A stretch of 64,000 nt of DNA from Thiobacillus sp. (GTDB lineage: Bacteria > Pseudomonadota > Gammaproteobacteria > Burkholderiales > Thiobacillaceae), in contig JAUXVT010000061.1 in NCBI GenBank assembly GCA_030680405.1, positions 704 to 64,703 on the forward strand, in the 5' to 3' direction. The translations under genes were made by a program, and so were the position numbers. Below are positions 1 through 8,613 of the stretch, in pieces (within the stretch, counting starts at the first letter, position 1; every line of letters begins with the position of its first letter). The notes beneath the pieces were generated by a model. It was not told the origin of the DNA. It did not search any database and saw only the letters and a list, made by a program, of their open reading frames with translations.

Positions 1-9
1 GCGGCCGCT

Positions 10-1233
10 TTACCCTGAAGAACCCCCAAACGCTTTCCCCACCGCACAGATATTCTTTCCCAGCTCCAACTCCTGCGCCTTGCGCTCGTCCGGACTGGCC
101 AGCCCGGCATTGGCCCGCTTGATCTCGACATAGGCCGGGGGAAACTCCGGCAGGTTCGCCAGGATATAGTCACAGAAGGCCTCCTCGCCCTCGGCCAGCT
201 TGAGCAGGCCCGGATTGCGCCGCTTGAGCTCACCTAACGTGGCGCGGAAGACGCCGTTGCCATCGCCTGCCGTAATATCGCTGAAATGGGCGGGCAGCAC
301 CAGCGTCTCGTCCGGCAGTTCTGTCATCCGCTTCAGCGAGTCATAGAGCAACGGGGCCCATGCCTCGGCCTTGCCGCCCAGATCCGGGCGGGCGACGGAC
401 TCCAGGAACAGGCTGTCGCCGCTCAGCAGATAGCGTCCCTCGATGAGAAAGGCGACCATCCCCAGGGTATGGCCGGGAAAATGCAGCACCCTGACCTCAG
501 CCGAACCGATTCGAAACGTCTGCCCCGCTTCCAGCGGGCGATACGCTATGCGGGCGGGTAGCATGTCCATAGGGTGGATCGCGTCATAGGGGTGCAGATG
601 GTAAGGAATATGGTCACGCTGACCCAACTCCGGCCCGCCGCTCAGGTGATCGGCATGGAGGTGGGTATCCAGCACCAGTTCGATCCGTGCACCCACGGCG
701 GCGGCCAGTTCGTGATAGTTCTCGATGTGCCGGGCGGGGTCAAACACCGCGGCACGATGGTCGCTCACCAGAACGTGACTCAGGCAGCCGCGGGCCGGAC
801 GCACCATCTGGAAAAGCGAAAAGCGCTCGGTCTCCTCTACTGGGCGCCAGTAGTAAAAGTTGCCCCAGGCCTCCATGCCGCCTTCCATGTTCACCGCATC
901 GAAACCCAGGCGACGCAGCCCCTCTGCAACGTAATTGGATGTGTTGCCCTCGGCGCAGACGGCGAGGATGGGCCGATCACCGGGCAACTGCTCCATGAGT
1001 TGCCCCTGCACCCCACGCATCACGGCTTCGGTGACATCCTCCTCCTCGCCCTCCAGGTCGAGAAGCTCAAAATAGGGAATATTGAGTGTGGGTACGGAAC
1101 GAGTGCCTTCCACCCGCCAGTGTTCGAACTCATCACGGTTACGCACATCGAGGATGAACATCGGCTCGTTGCGCAACAGCCATTCCCACACCTGCTGCGG
1201 ACTCATGGCGGTGGTGGTGGCCTTCCTCAACAT
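10..1233 (-). CDS. Rhodanese + metallo-beta-lactamase fusion (YrkH / persulfide-dioxygenase-like)
   Basis: N-terminal rhodanese domain (ILDVR, active loop CAEGNTS, GGMEAW), then MBL fold (THLHADHLSG, PGHT, GDSLF, RPDL, PAH). AAGGAG RBS lies upstream of the ATG at 1233. Confidence 0.85.
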   Translation of the reverse strand: MLRKATTTAMSPQQVWEWLLRNEPMFILDVRNRDEFEHWRVEGTRSVPTLNIPYFELLDLEGEEEDVTEAVMRGVQGQLMEQLPGDRPILAVCAEGNTSNYVAEGLRRLGFDAVNMEGGMEAWGNFYYWRPVEETERFSLFQMVRPARGCLSHVLVSDHRAAVFDPARHIENYHELAAAVGARIELVLDTHLHADHLSGGPELGQRDHIPYHLHPYDAIHPMDMLPARIAYRPLEAGQTFRIGSAEVRVLHFPGHTLGMVAFLIEGRYLLSGDSLFLESVARPDLGGKAEAWAPLLYDSLKRMTELPDETLVLPAHFSDITAGDGNGVFRATLGELKRRNPGLLKLAEGEEAFCDYILANLPEFPPAYVEIKRANAGLASPDERKAQELELGKNICAVGKAFGGSSG

Positions 1234-1421
1234 GAGACATCTCCTTGCGGAGCCCCCAAACTTCCGGAACATCGCGCGGTACAGGCTCAGCACATACCGT
1301 TGACCGAGCGTTTTATCGTTACTGAAATATAGTCGATGCTGGCTAACCGGTAATCCAGATCCGTAACGATCAGACCTGGTCGCAAACAACGCAGCCGAGG
1401 TCCATTACTGATTCATCCCGC

Positions 1422-3266
1422 TTACGAGATGATGTGATGGACAGGAAGCTTGGTCATGTGCCATTCACCGGTCTTTACGTCGTACCGAGACGCGGTGAAA
1501 GCATGCCACTCGGCATCGTCCAGCTTCGGATAATCGCCACGATAGTAGTAACCGGGCCACCGGGTTTCCTGCCGGTACAGCGTGTGCCTGAGAACCGCCT
1601 CCGAAGTCCAGACCCGGTGGTTGAGCTCCCATGCTCTCTGGAGTTGGTGGAGGTCCTCGGCACCAATATGATCGAGATCCTCCTTCAGCATGCTCAGAAG
1701 CTCGAGGCCCCGGTTGAGCATCGGTTCGCTGGTCATATAAAAGGTGCTGATGCCCCCGCCGTACTCATCCATGAGCTTCTCCAGCCTCTGCAGGCCGTGA
1801 AGAGGCGATATATAGCTCGGCGCCACGCTGCCGGCGACGATCTCGTTCCTGCCGATTTCGTAGTTCTCCAGCGGCTTGAATATTTCTTCCTGGAGCATCT
1901 TGATCTGTGTTTCGTCCACCTGTGGCGCGTTCCCGGCCATGGCCATGACATACTTGACCGCCGCCTTCCCCGCGATCCTGCCTTCCGTGAAGGAACCGGA
2001 CGAAAACTTGTGGGCGGAACCGCCGATCGTGTCGCCGGCGCCGAACAGCCCTTCGACCGTCGTCATCCTGTTGTATCCCCATTGATAATCACCCGGCGCG
2101 CAGTCCTCGGGGCCACTGGCCCAGGCGCCGGAACAGGTGGCGTGAGAGCCCATGACGTAGGGCTCGGAGGTGATCAGCTCGGACGGCTTCTCCTTGGGGT
2201 CGATGTTCTGCGACGCCCAGACGACGGCCTGGCCGACTGTCATGTCGAGAAAATCCTCCCAGCCGATTTCCTCCTTCTCCCTGGTATCGATCGCATTCTG
2301 GGTGTGCATGTAGATGGGGCCCTTGCCTGCCTTGATTTCCTGCAGCACGGCATGATTACGCAGGCAGGTCGGCAAGGGCGTGGTCTCCGCATACTTGCCG
2401 ACGAGGGATTTCATTTCCTCCAGCATCGAGGCTTCGAAACGCTCGCCGTAGGCGTTGGTGGCCATGGCCTTGAGCAGCAGGAACCAGGCGCCGACCGGGC
2501 CGTAGCCGTCCTTGAAGCGGGCGAGAACGATCCGGTTCTCCATCTGGATCATCTGGGCGCCTGCGCGCAGAACGAGTCCGTAGGCCGATGCGCTGCTCCA
2601 GGGCGCATACCAGGTCCTGCCCATGCCTTCGCCGACCGACCTCGGCTTGAAGATATGGGAGGCGCCGCCGGCGGCGACGATGACTGCCTTCGCCCGGAAG
2701 ACGTAGAAACTGCCGTCGCGGACGTTGAAGCCGACGGCACCGGCGACGCGGTTGGGGTGCGCCCGGTCCATCAGCAGATGGGTCACCATGATGCGGTTGT
2801 GCACGTCGCTGGCTGATTTTCTCGCGGCCTCGGCGATGATCGGCTTGTAGCTCTCGCCGTGGATCATGACCTGCCATTTGCCTTCCCGCAGATAGTGGCC
2901 GGTCTCCGGGTTGGTCATGATCGGCAGGCCCCACTCTTCGAACATGTGGACGGTGCCGTCGACGTGGCGGGCGATGTCGTAGATGAGGTCCTCGCGCACC
3001 AGTCCCATCAGGTCGCCGCGCGCGTAGCGCACGAAGTCCTCCGGCTGGTTTTCATTCCAGCGCATGCCCATGTAGCAGTTGATCGCCGACAGGCCGTGGG
3101 CGACGGCGCCGCTGCGCTCGATGTTGGCCTTTTCGACCAGGGTGACCTTCAGGTTGCGCCCCCAGTAGCGCGATTCGTAGGTGGCGCCGCAGCCGCCGAA
3201 GCCGCCGCCGATGACGAGGATGTCGGTGTCGACGATGTGGGTCTTCCGGGAGGAGAACAGGCCCAT
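1422..3266 (-). CDS. aprA: Adenylylsulfate reductase alpha subunit (AprM-associated lineage)
   Basis: FAD motif GGGFGGCG; RSGAVAHGLSAINCY, WQVMIHGESYK, RFKDGYGPVGAWFL, HKFSSGSFTEGR, ETRWPGYYYR. Confidence 0.95.
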   Translation of the reverse strand: MGLFSSRKTHIVDTDILVIGGGFGGCGATYESRYWGRNLKVTLVEKANIERSGAVAHGLSAINCYMGMRWNENQPEDFVRYARGDLMGLVREDLIYDIARHVDGTVHMFEEWGLPIMTNPETGHYLREGKWQVMIHGESYKPIIAEAARKSASDVHNRIMVTHLLMDRAHPNRVAGAVGFNVRDGSFYVFRAKAVIVAAGGASHIFKPRSVGEGMGRTWYAPWSSASAYGLVLRAGAQMIQMENRIVLARFKDGYGPVGAWFLLLKAMATNAYGERFEASMLEEMKSLVGKYAETTPLPTCLRNHAVLQEIKAGKGPIYMHTQNAIDTREKEEIGWEDFLDMTVGQAVVWASQNIDPKEKPSELITSEPYVMGSHATCSGAWASGPEDCAPGDYQWGYNRMTTVEGLFGAGDTIGGSAHKFSSGSFTEGRIAGKAAVKYVMAMAGNAPQVDETQIKMLQEEIFKPLENYEIGRNEIVAGSVAPSYISPLHGLQRLEKLMDEYGGGISTFYMTSEPMLNRGLELLSMLKEDLDHIGAEDLHQLQRAWELNHRVWTSEAVLRHTLYRQETRWPGYYYRGDYPKLDDAEWHAFTASRYDVKTGEWHMTKLPVHHIIS

Positions 3267-3270
3267 GGCA

Positions 3271-3723
3271 TCACCCCTGTTTCGGTATGAATGGCAGGGT
3301 CGGAAGCGACGCCACCATGAGCGCCGCAGGTTCGTGTGCGAGCAGCGGAGAATCCAGGGCATTTGCGTCGGGCGCCGCGTAATCGGATGGCGGCTTGATG
3401 GAACCCCAGGGGGTTGTCCTGATCGGGAATGTGAACGCCTTCTCCCGCCCGTCCCGATACCTGATCTTCCAGGAGATCGTTCCGTTCGCCTCTTCCCTCA
3501 GCACCCTGACGCTGTGGCCCAGCGGCGCGAAGTCGGCAAAGCCGCGGACGTCGATCGCGTGCTGCGGGCAGGCCTTCACGCACGAGTAACACTCCCAGCA
3601 GAAATTGGGCTCGACGTTGTAGGACCTCCGGTAGACCGTGTCGATGTGCATGATGTCGGAGGGACAGATGTCCACGCACTGTCCGCAGCCGTCGCATCGC
3701 GTCATGTATGTGAAGGTGGGCAT
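3271..3723 (-). CDS. aprB: Adenylylsulfate reductase beta subunit
   Basis: CDGCGQCVDICP and CWECYSCVKACP ferredoxin motifs; FPIRTTPWGSI. Confidence 0.95.
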   Translation of the reverse strand: MPTFTYMTRCDGCGQCVDICPSDIMHIDTVYRRSYNVEPNFCWECYSCVKACPQHAIDVRGFADFAPLGHSVRVLREEANGTISWKIRYRDGREKAFTFPIRTTPWGSIKPPSDYAAPDANALDSPLLAHEPAALMVASLPTLPFIPKQG

Positions 3724-4475
3724 CGTTCACGTCCCCTTGTTGTGGGCGCTGGTAGATCAGATGAACCGTCTGCCTCCTCCACCCTTCTCTGGAAGGCCAC
3801 GACCGGCTTGTAGAACATGTGGGCGAACTTGGACCAGGGAACGGAAACAAAGAGCAGCGTCGTGAAGAAGAGGTAGAGGCCGGCGAATATCTTGGTTGCC
3901 GCACTGTTCTCCGCCATCGCCACCCATTCGAGAAGCAGTGCGAACGTCATGCTTGCGAGGAGCGTGACGATGAACAGGTCGGCACGCACCAGCCGCCAGC
4001 GCGGATGGCCGTCATGGGTGACGTTGACCCTGAGAAAGAAGAAAAACCAGTAGCCCCCGACAAGCGTCATCAGGACGCCGATGTTCCACAGGATCGGCAG
4101 GGCAACCGGCGGACGCGTGTCGGTCGGATAGACGAACACCATCACGACGGTCGTGATGAGATAGAGCACGAAGCCATAGAACATCAGGACATGGGAAATC
4201 CTTCGGTGCCTGTTGCAGAATTCGCCGAACGTTGCGATGTCGTTGACCAGGGTCCGGGTCGCGATGGCGGCCATGTCCACGGCACTGAGTGGCTGCTTTG
4301 CGGCAGCCTTTGCTTGCTTCCTGTCCTGCAGGAAGAATGTGAGTTTTTTGTCACGAAGAAGATCGAACAGGGTTCCAGCAGCAACCGCGAGCACCATCAA
4401 AACGACGTAGCCCTGCATGAGGTCAGGGGAAACGAAAGCGGTCAGCGGGGCGAACGGATTGGTGGTAAACATCAT
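3702..4475 (-). CDS. aprM: APS reductase membrane anchor AprM
   Basis: Polytopic membrane protein with NPFA..L, GEFCN..RR.SH.L.FYGF and VPWSKFAHMFYKP; directly upstream of aprBA. Confidence 0.9.
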   Translation of the reverse strand: MMFTTNPFAPLTAFVSPDLMQGYVVLMVLAVAAGTLFDLLRDKKLTFFLQDRKQAKAAAKQPLSAVDMAAIATRTLVNDIATFGEFCNRHRRISHVLMFYGFVLYLITTVVMVFVYPTDTRPPVALPILWNIGVLMTLVGGYWFFFFLRVNVTHDGHPRWRLVRADLFIVTLLASMTFALLLEWVAMAENSAATKIFAGLYLFFTTLLFVSVPWSKFAHMFYKPVVAFQRRVEEADGSSDLPAPTTRGRERCPPSHT

Positions 4476-4573
4476 GACCTCCCAATGCCAGCCGGCGTCC
4501 TCCTGGAGTGGCGGAGGCGCCTTGTCTTGCAGGCGTAGCCTCCGTTTGGATGTTGCGGCGCTATGGTTGCCTA

Positions 4574-4601
4574 AAAGTAGCACTTATCGAGGTCATGTCA
4601 A
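4574..4601 (-). promoter_or_regulatory. Putative sigma70 promoter of aprMBA
   Basis: On the minus strand, TTGACA (4601-4596), a 16-bp spacer, then TACTTT (4579-4574) preceded by TGn. Confidence 0.5.
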
Positions 4602-4960
4602 TTAAATTACCCAGGAGGCAGTTAGGCAGGAGGAATAGGAAATTCCTTTCACGCTGCTTCATCTCAGTCCTGTCAATCCCCAATCAGTTAACGCAGGAAA
4701 AGGGCAACTCGCTGCCATGTAACGAGTGTCTGGTAAGGTCGTATTCTGTTGAAAAACTCCTGCGAAGCGGTAACTGCTACATCTGCTTGAAAAGCCGACC
4801 GCTCAGAATCTGGCCGCCAGCAGCTTATTGGCTGATGGCCTCATGGCGACCCTGAACAGGCATCCAAAAAAGTCCAAAACCGTGTCCCCATTATTCTCTG
4901 GTGGTCGCGCCCCCACGTTCTATAAACAGACGAGGGGCGAGCACTTTACGCGGAGGGAGC

Positions 4961-5450
4961 ATGGTGGGGCCGCAGGAATTTGAACTGACCCGAAACTCCT
5001 ACTGCGAGGCGAGTGTGACGCGGCCCTCGGCCTCGCCCACGCTGGCGGGGCGCATCATGGTCGATGTCTGCGTGGTCGGTGGCGGTTACGCCCCGCTCTG
5101 GAGCTCGCGGAGCGCGGCTATTCGGTCGCGCTGCTGGAGGCGCAGCGGGTAGGATGGGGGGTATCCGGCAGAAATGGCGGCCAGGCGCTGGTCGGTTTCG
5201 GTTTCGCCGGCCAGGAGGCGATCGAGTGCAATTGTCTGCCGCAGATTCGCGCCGCACCTGGGAGATCTCAGTCGACGCGATGCAGCTGCTGCGATCGCGC
5301 ATCGACAGACGTGCCATCGAGTTCGATTACGTGCCCGGTCACCTCATTCTTGCAGTCAACGCCAGAAAGGCGTGGGCCCACCGCGTGGCGCATGCCTACA
5401 GCTATCCGCTGCAATCCATCGGCGCCGCCGAGGTGGGCAACTGGAGCGCA
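4961..5450 (+). pseudogene. Degraded FAD-dependent oxidoreductase (PuuB/OrdL-like)
   Basis: NSY.EAS..R...DVCVVGGGY continues in another frame as ALELAERGYSVALLEAQRVGWGVSGRNGGQ; further frameshift and C-terminal loss follow. Confidence 0.75.
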
Positions 5451-5552
5451 GACGGCTTCCGGATTAATTGCCGCGCCTCCCTGCTCGGCGGGTTCACGGG
5501 GACGCAACCCACAACACTTTGTGCGTCAAAAGGGATGAAAGGGGCGAGCGAC

Positions 5553-6179
5553 GTGAAAATCGAAGCGATCGATCTGGCCTATCGGCGCTATGCGCGCGGC
5601 TATGACTTGTATTTCGGCGGCATCCTGCAACCGGGCCGGCGCGCCGTCATCGAACGCATGGACTGCCACCCGGGGGAGGGTATCCTGGAGGTGGGCGTGG
5701 GGACCGGCCTCTCGCTGCCGCTCTACCCGCCGCAGACGCAGGTCTACGGCATCGACATCTGCCATGAGATGCTCGCGCGCGCCAAGGCGCGTGTGGCGCG
5801 CGAACACCTCAAGCAGGTGGCGGGGCTGTACCGGATGGATGCCGAGCACATGGGCTTTGCCGACGACAGCTTTGACAGGGTGGTGGCGATGTATGTGGTT
5901 TCCGTGGCGCCCGATCCGGTGCGACTGGTCGATGAGATGCGCCGGGTATGCAAACCGCAGGGCGAGTTGTTCATCGTGAATCATTTCCTGCACCCCAACC
6001 CCGTCGTGTCGGTCATGGAGCGGCTGGCCGCGCCTCTCTCCTGCTTTCTCGGCTTTAATCCCAACCTGAGTCTGCACGATTTCACCAGGCAGGCGCGCGT
6101 GGAGGTGCTGGAGCGGTTGCCCGTGAACGCCTTCGGATACTGGATCCTGCTGCGTGCCCGGAACAACAAGCAGGGCTAG
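5553..6179 (+). CDS. Class I SAM methyltransferase (PmtA-like phospholipid N-methyltransferase)
   Basis: AYRRYA..YD..FG, ILEVGVGTGLSL, MDAE...F.D.SFD.VVAMYVVSV, VNHF. Confidence 0.75.
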   Translation: MKIEAIDLAYRRYARGYDLYFGGILQPGRRAVIERMDCHPGEGILEVGVGTGLSLPLYPPQTQVYGIDICHEMLARAKARVAREHLKQVAGLYRMDAEHMGFADDSFDRVVAMYVVSVAPDPVRLVDEMRRVCKPQGELFIVNHFLHPNPVVSVMERLAAPLSCFLGFNPNLSLHDFTRQARVEVLERLPVNAFGYWILLRARNNKQG

Positions 6180-6227
6180 CGGCAGCATGGCCGCTGAATG
6201 GGGACCTGCTGACAAGGAAAGCCGCAT

Positions 6228-6650
6228 TCATGCCTGAAGCTGCTTTTTCGCCCAGGCCAGAATGGGCTGCAAGCGCGGCGGTAGCAGCTTCTCCGCTTGA
6301 TCGAAGCTCACCCAGCGCCACTCGTGATGCTCAGGGATTCCGAGTTCCGGCGAGATCGGCAGGGTAATGGACCTCCGGGTGGTTTCCGCCAGGTAGTAGC
6401 GCGCCACCTTGCCGCGGCGATAGGGTGCCGTTTCGCAGAACACCTCGCTCCATCGAAAGGCCAGATCGGTGATCGAGGACTCCTCCGCCGTTTCACGGAC
6501 GGCTGCATCGAGGGGCGCCTCATTCGGCTCCACCGTGCCCTTGGGAAAATCCCAGTTGCGGTAGGAACGCAGCACCAGCACGCGCCAGCCGCTGTCTTCC
6601 CGGCGCACGACGACCGCCCCTGCGGAGAAGTCGGCGGGCTTGGATTCCAT
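6228..6650 (-). CDS. NUDIX hydrolase (Ap4A hydrolase-like)
   Basis: WDFPKG..E..E....AA.RE..EE Nudix box; EHHEWRW. Confidence 0.85.
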   Translation of the reverse strand: MESKPADFSAGAVVVRREDSGWRVLVLRSYRNWDFPKGTVEPNEAPLDAAVRETAEESSITDLAFRWSEVFCETAPYRRGKVARYYLAETTRRSITLPISPELGIPEHHEWRWVSFDQAEKLLPPRLQPILAWAKKQLQA

Positions 6651-6873
6651 TGGCATTTGAGGTCCGGGCATAAGCCGATCATGACACGACAGGTCCGGCT
6701 GGGCACTCCGGCGGGATCGGCACAATCCGCACAGCCATGAAGCCGGCCGGTTTCAGCCTCGACGTCCGCCTCTTTAGCGAACCCGCCCTCTACCCAGTCT
6801 GTTTTCCCCGTGTTTTGCCCGATACCCGCGCACCCCCTAGAATGAACTGACGACTTCTTTTTCGTGGACTGTC

Positions 6874-8613
6874 TTGCCTCCACCCATTTTCAGAACCCTG
6901 GTGTTTCTTGCCGCGCTATGCGCGACGCCGGCGCACGCCCTGACAGTGGAGGTGGAGGCGCCGGATGAATTCAAGCCGCTGTTGGTTCAGTACATGGAAG
7001 CGGCGCGGGCGGCGCGGCTGGGCGAGGCGCTGGACGAGGCGGAACTGGCGCGGCTGCGCAGTCTGAGTGCGGAAACCGCGCGTGAACTGTTGGCGACGGA
7101 GGGGTATTTCTCGCCGCAGATTGACAGCACGTTGACGCCTGTAGAAAACGACTGGGTGATGCGTTTTACGGTGACGCCGGGGCCGCGCACCCGGGTCCGC
7201 ACATTGAAGGTCGACTTTGCCGGGGCGCTGGCCGATGCGGGCGAGTTGGGGGCGCGGTTGCGTGCGCGCGCCGAGCGCAATTTCACGCTGAGGCCCGAGA
7301 TGCCGTTTCGCCAGGCCGACTGGAATGCGGCAAAGATGGCCCTGCTGGGGCCGTTGTTGACGATTCGTTATCCGGCGTCGCGGCTGGCGGCGAGCGAGGC
7401 GCGCATCGACCCCGCCACACAATCGGCGGATTTGATGGTGACGGTGGACAGCGGACCGGCGTTTTTTTATGGCCAGCCGCTCATCAGCGGCAATCAGCGC
7501 TACTCCGAATCGATCATCCGCAACCTGAGTCCGCTGAAACCCGGACAGCCGTACCGCCAGCAGGATCTGCTGGACTACCAGGCGGCGCTGGAGTCCAGCG
7601 GCTATTTTGCGCAGGCCACGGTGCGCATCGAGCCCGATCCGGCGCTGGCGGCGGCGGTGCCGATCCAGGTGGAGGTGGTGGAGCGGCCGGAAAAGCTGTT
7701 CAGCGTGGGTGTCGGCATCAGCACCGACACCGGTACGCGGGTGTCCACGTCGTGGATACACCGGAACATTCTGGAGCGGGGCCTGCGCCTGAAGCTCGAT
7801 GCGCGTCTGGAAACCGAGCGGCAGACCGGGGGGGCGGAACTGGCCTGGCCGCACGATGCCAAAGGCTACGAGAACAGCCTGGGGCTGCAACTCAAGCAGG
7901 AAGACATCGAGGGGCAGGAAACGCGCGCCACCGTGCTGGCGGCCAAGCGCAGCCGCACGCGCGGGCAGATCGAGACGACGCTGTCGCTGCAGTACCAGAC
8001 GGAAGAGCTGGAAATTGGCGATGCGGTGAGCGCGAGCAACCAGGCGCTGACCGCCAACTATGCGTGGACTCAGCGCACGGTGGGGCGCGCCTTCTATCCG
8101 CGGCGCGGGTATGTGCTCACGCTGCAGGGCGGCGGCGCGGCCGAGGCGTTGTTGTCCGACACCAGCTTCATCCGCCTGTACGGCCGCCACACCCAGTATT
8201 TCCGTGCCGGCGACAACGGGCGGCTGATCCTGCGCGGCGAACTCGGCAGCGTGCTGGCTGATAAAAGAGAGGGCATTCCCACCGATTTCCTGTTCCGCGC
8301 CGGCGGCGACAACTCGGTGCGCGGCTACGCCTACCAGAGCCTGGGGCGCACGCTGGAAGGTGGGGTGGCGTCGGTGCGCTATCTCGCCACCGGCAGCGTC
8401 GAATACAACCATTTCTTCGGCGGCAATTGGGGCATGGCGGTGTTCGTCGATGCAGGCGACGCGGCCGACAGCCTCGGCAACCTGTCGCCGGTGTACGGCG
8501 TTGGGGTCGGCGCGCGCTACCGCTCGCCGGTGGGGCCGGTGAACCTCGACCTGGCGTATGGCGAAGCCACCGACGAATTCCGCCTGCATTTCTCGCTCGG
8601 GGTTTCGTTTTGA
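6874..8613 (+). CDS. tamA: Translocation and assembly module TamA (Omp85 family)
   Basis: Signal peptide, POTRA repeats, FRAGGDNSVRGY, C-terminal LHFSLGVSF; overlaps tamB. Confidence 0.9.
   Translation: MPPPIFRTLVFLAALCATPAHALTVEVEAPDEFKPLLVQYMEAARAARLGEALDEAELARLRSLSAETARELLATEGYFSPQIDSTLTPVENDWVMRFTVTPGPRTRVRTLKVDFAGALADAGELGARLRARAERNFTLRPEMPFRQADWNAAKMALLGPLLTIRYPASRLAASEARIDPATQSADLMVTVDSGPAFFYGQPLISGNQRYSESIIRNLSPLKPGQPYRQQDLLDYQAALESSGYFAQATVRIEPDPALAAAVPIQVEVVERPEKLFSVGVGISTDTGTRVSTSWIHRNILERGLRLKLDARLETERQTGGAELAWPHDAKGYENSLGLQLKQEDIEGQETRATVLAAKRSRTRGQIETTLSLQYQTEELEIGDAVSASNQALTANYAWTQRTVGRAFYPRRGYVLTLQGGGAAEALLSDTSFIRLYGRHTQYFRAGDNGRLILRGELGSVLADKREGIPTDFLFRAGGDNSVRGYAYQSLGRTLEGGVASVRYLATGSVEYNHFFGGNWGMAVFVDAGDAADSLGNLSPVYGVGVGARYRSPVGPVNLDLAYGEATDEFRLHFSLGVSF

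Noticed and set aside
1-30. NotI site at base 1, next to a stop codon and a GGSSG tail, resembling a cloning junction
   Set aside because: GCGGCCGC occurs by chance in GC-rich DNA and no vector sequence is visible; it cannot be supported from this window.
1315-1370. Inverted pair ATCGTTAC / GTAACGAT upstream of the rhodanese-MBL gene
   Set aside because: Only 8 bp, 40 bp apart; too weak to call an operator without conservation data.
5064-6179. 371-aa ORF read as a novel fusion protein
   Set aside because: The N-terminal part is pseudogene debris in frame with a methyltransferase that starts at 5553.
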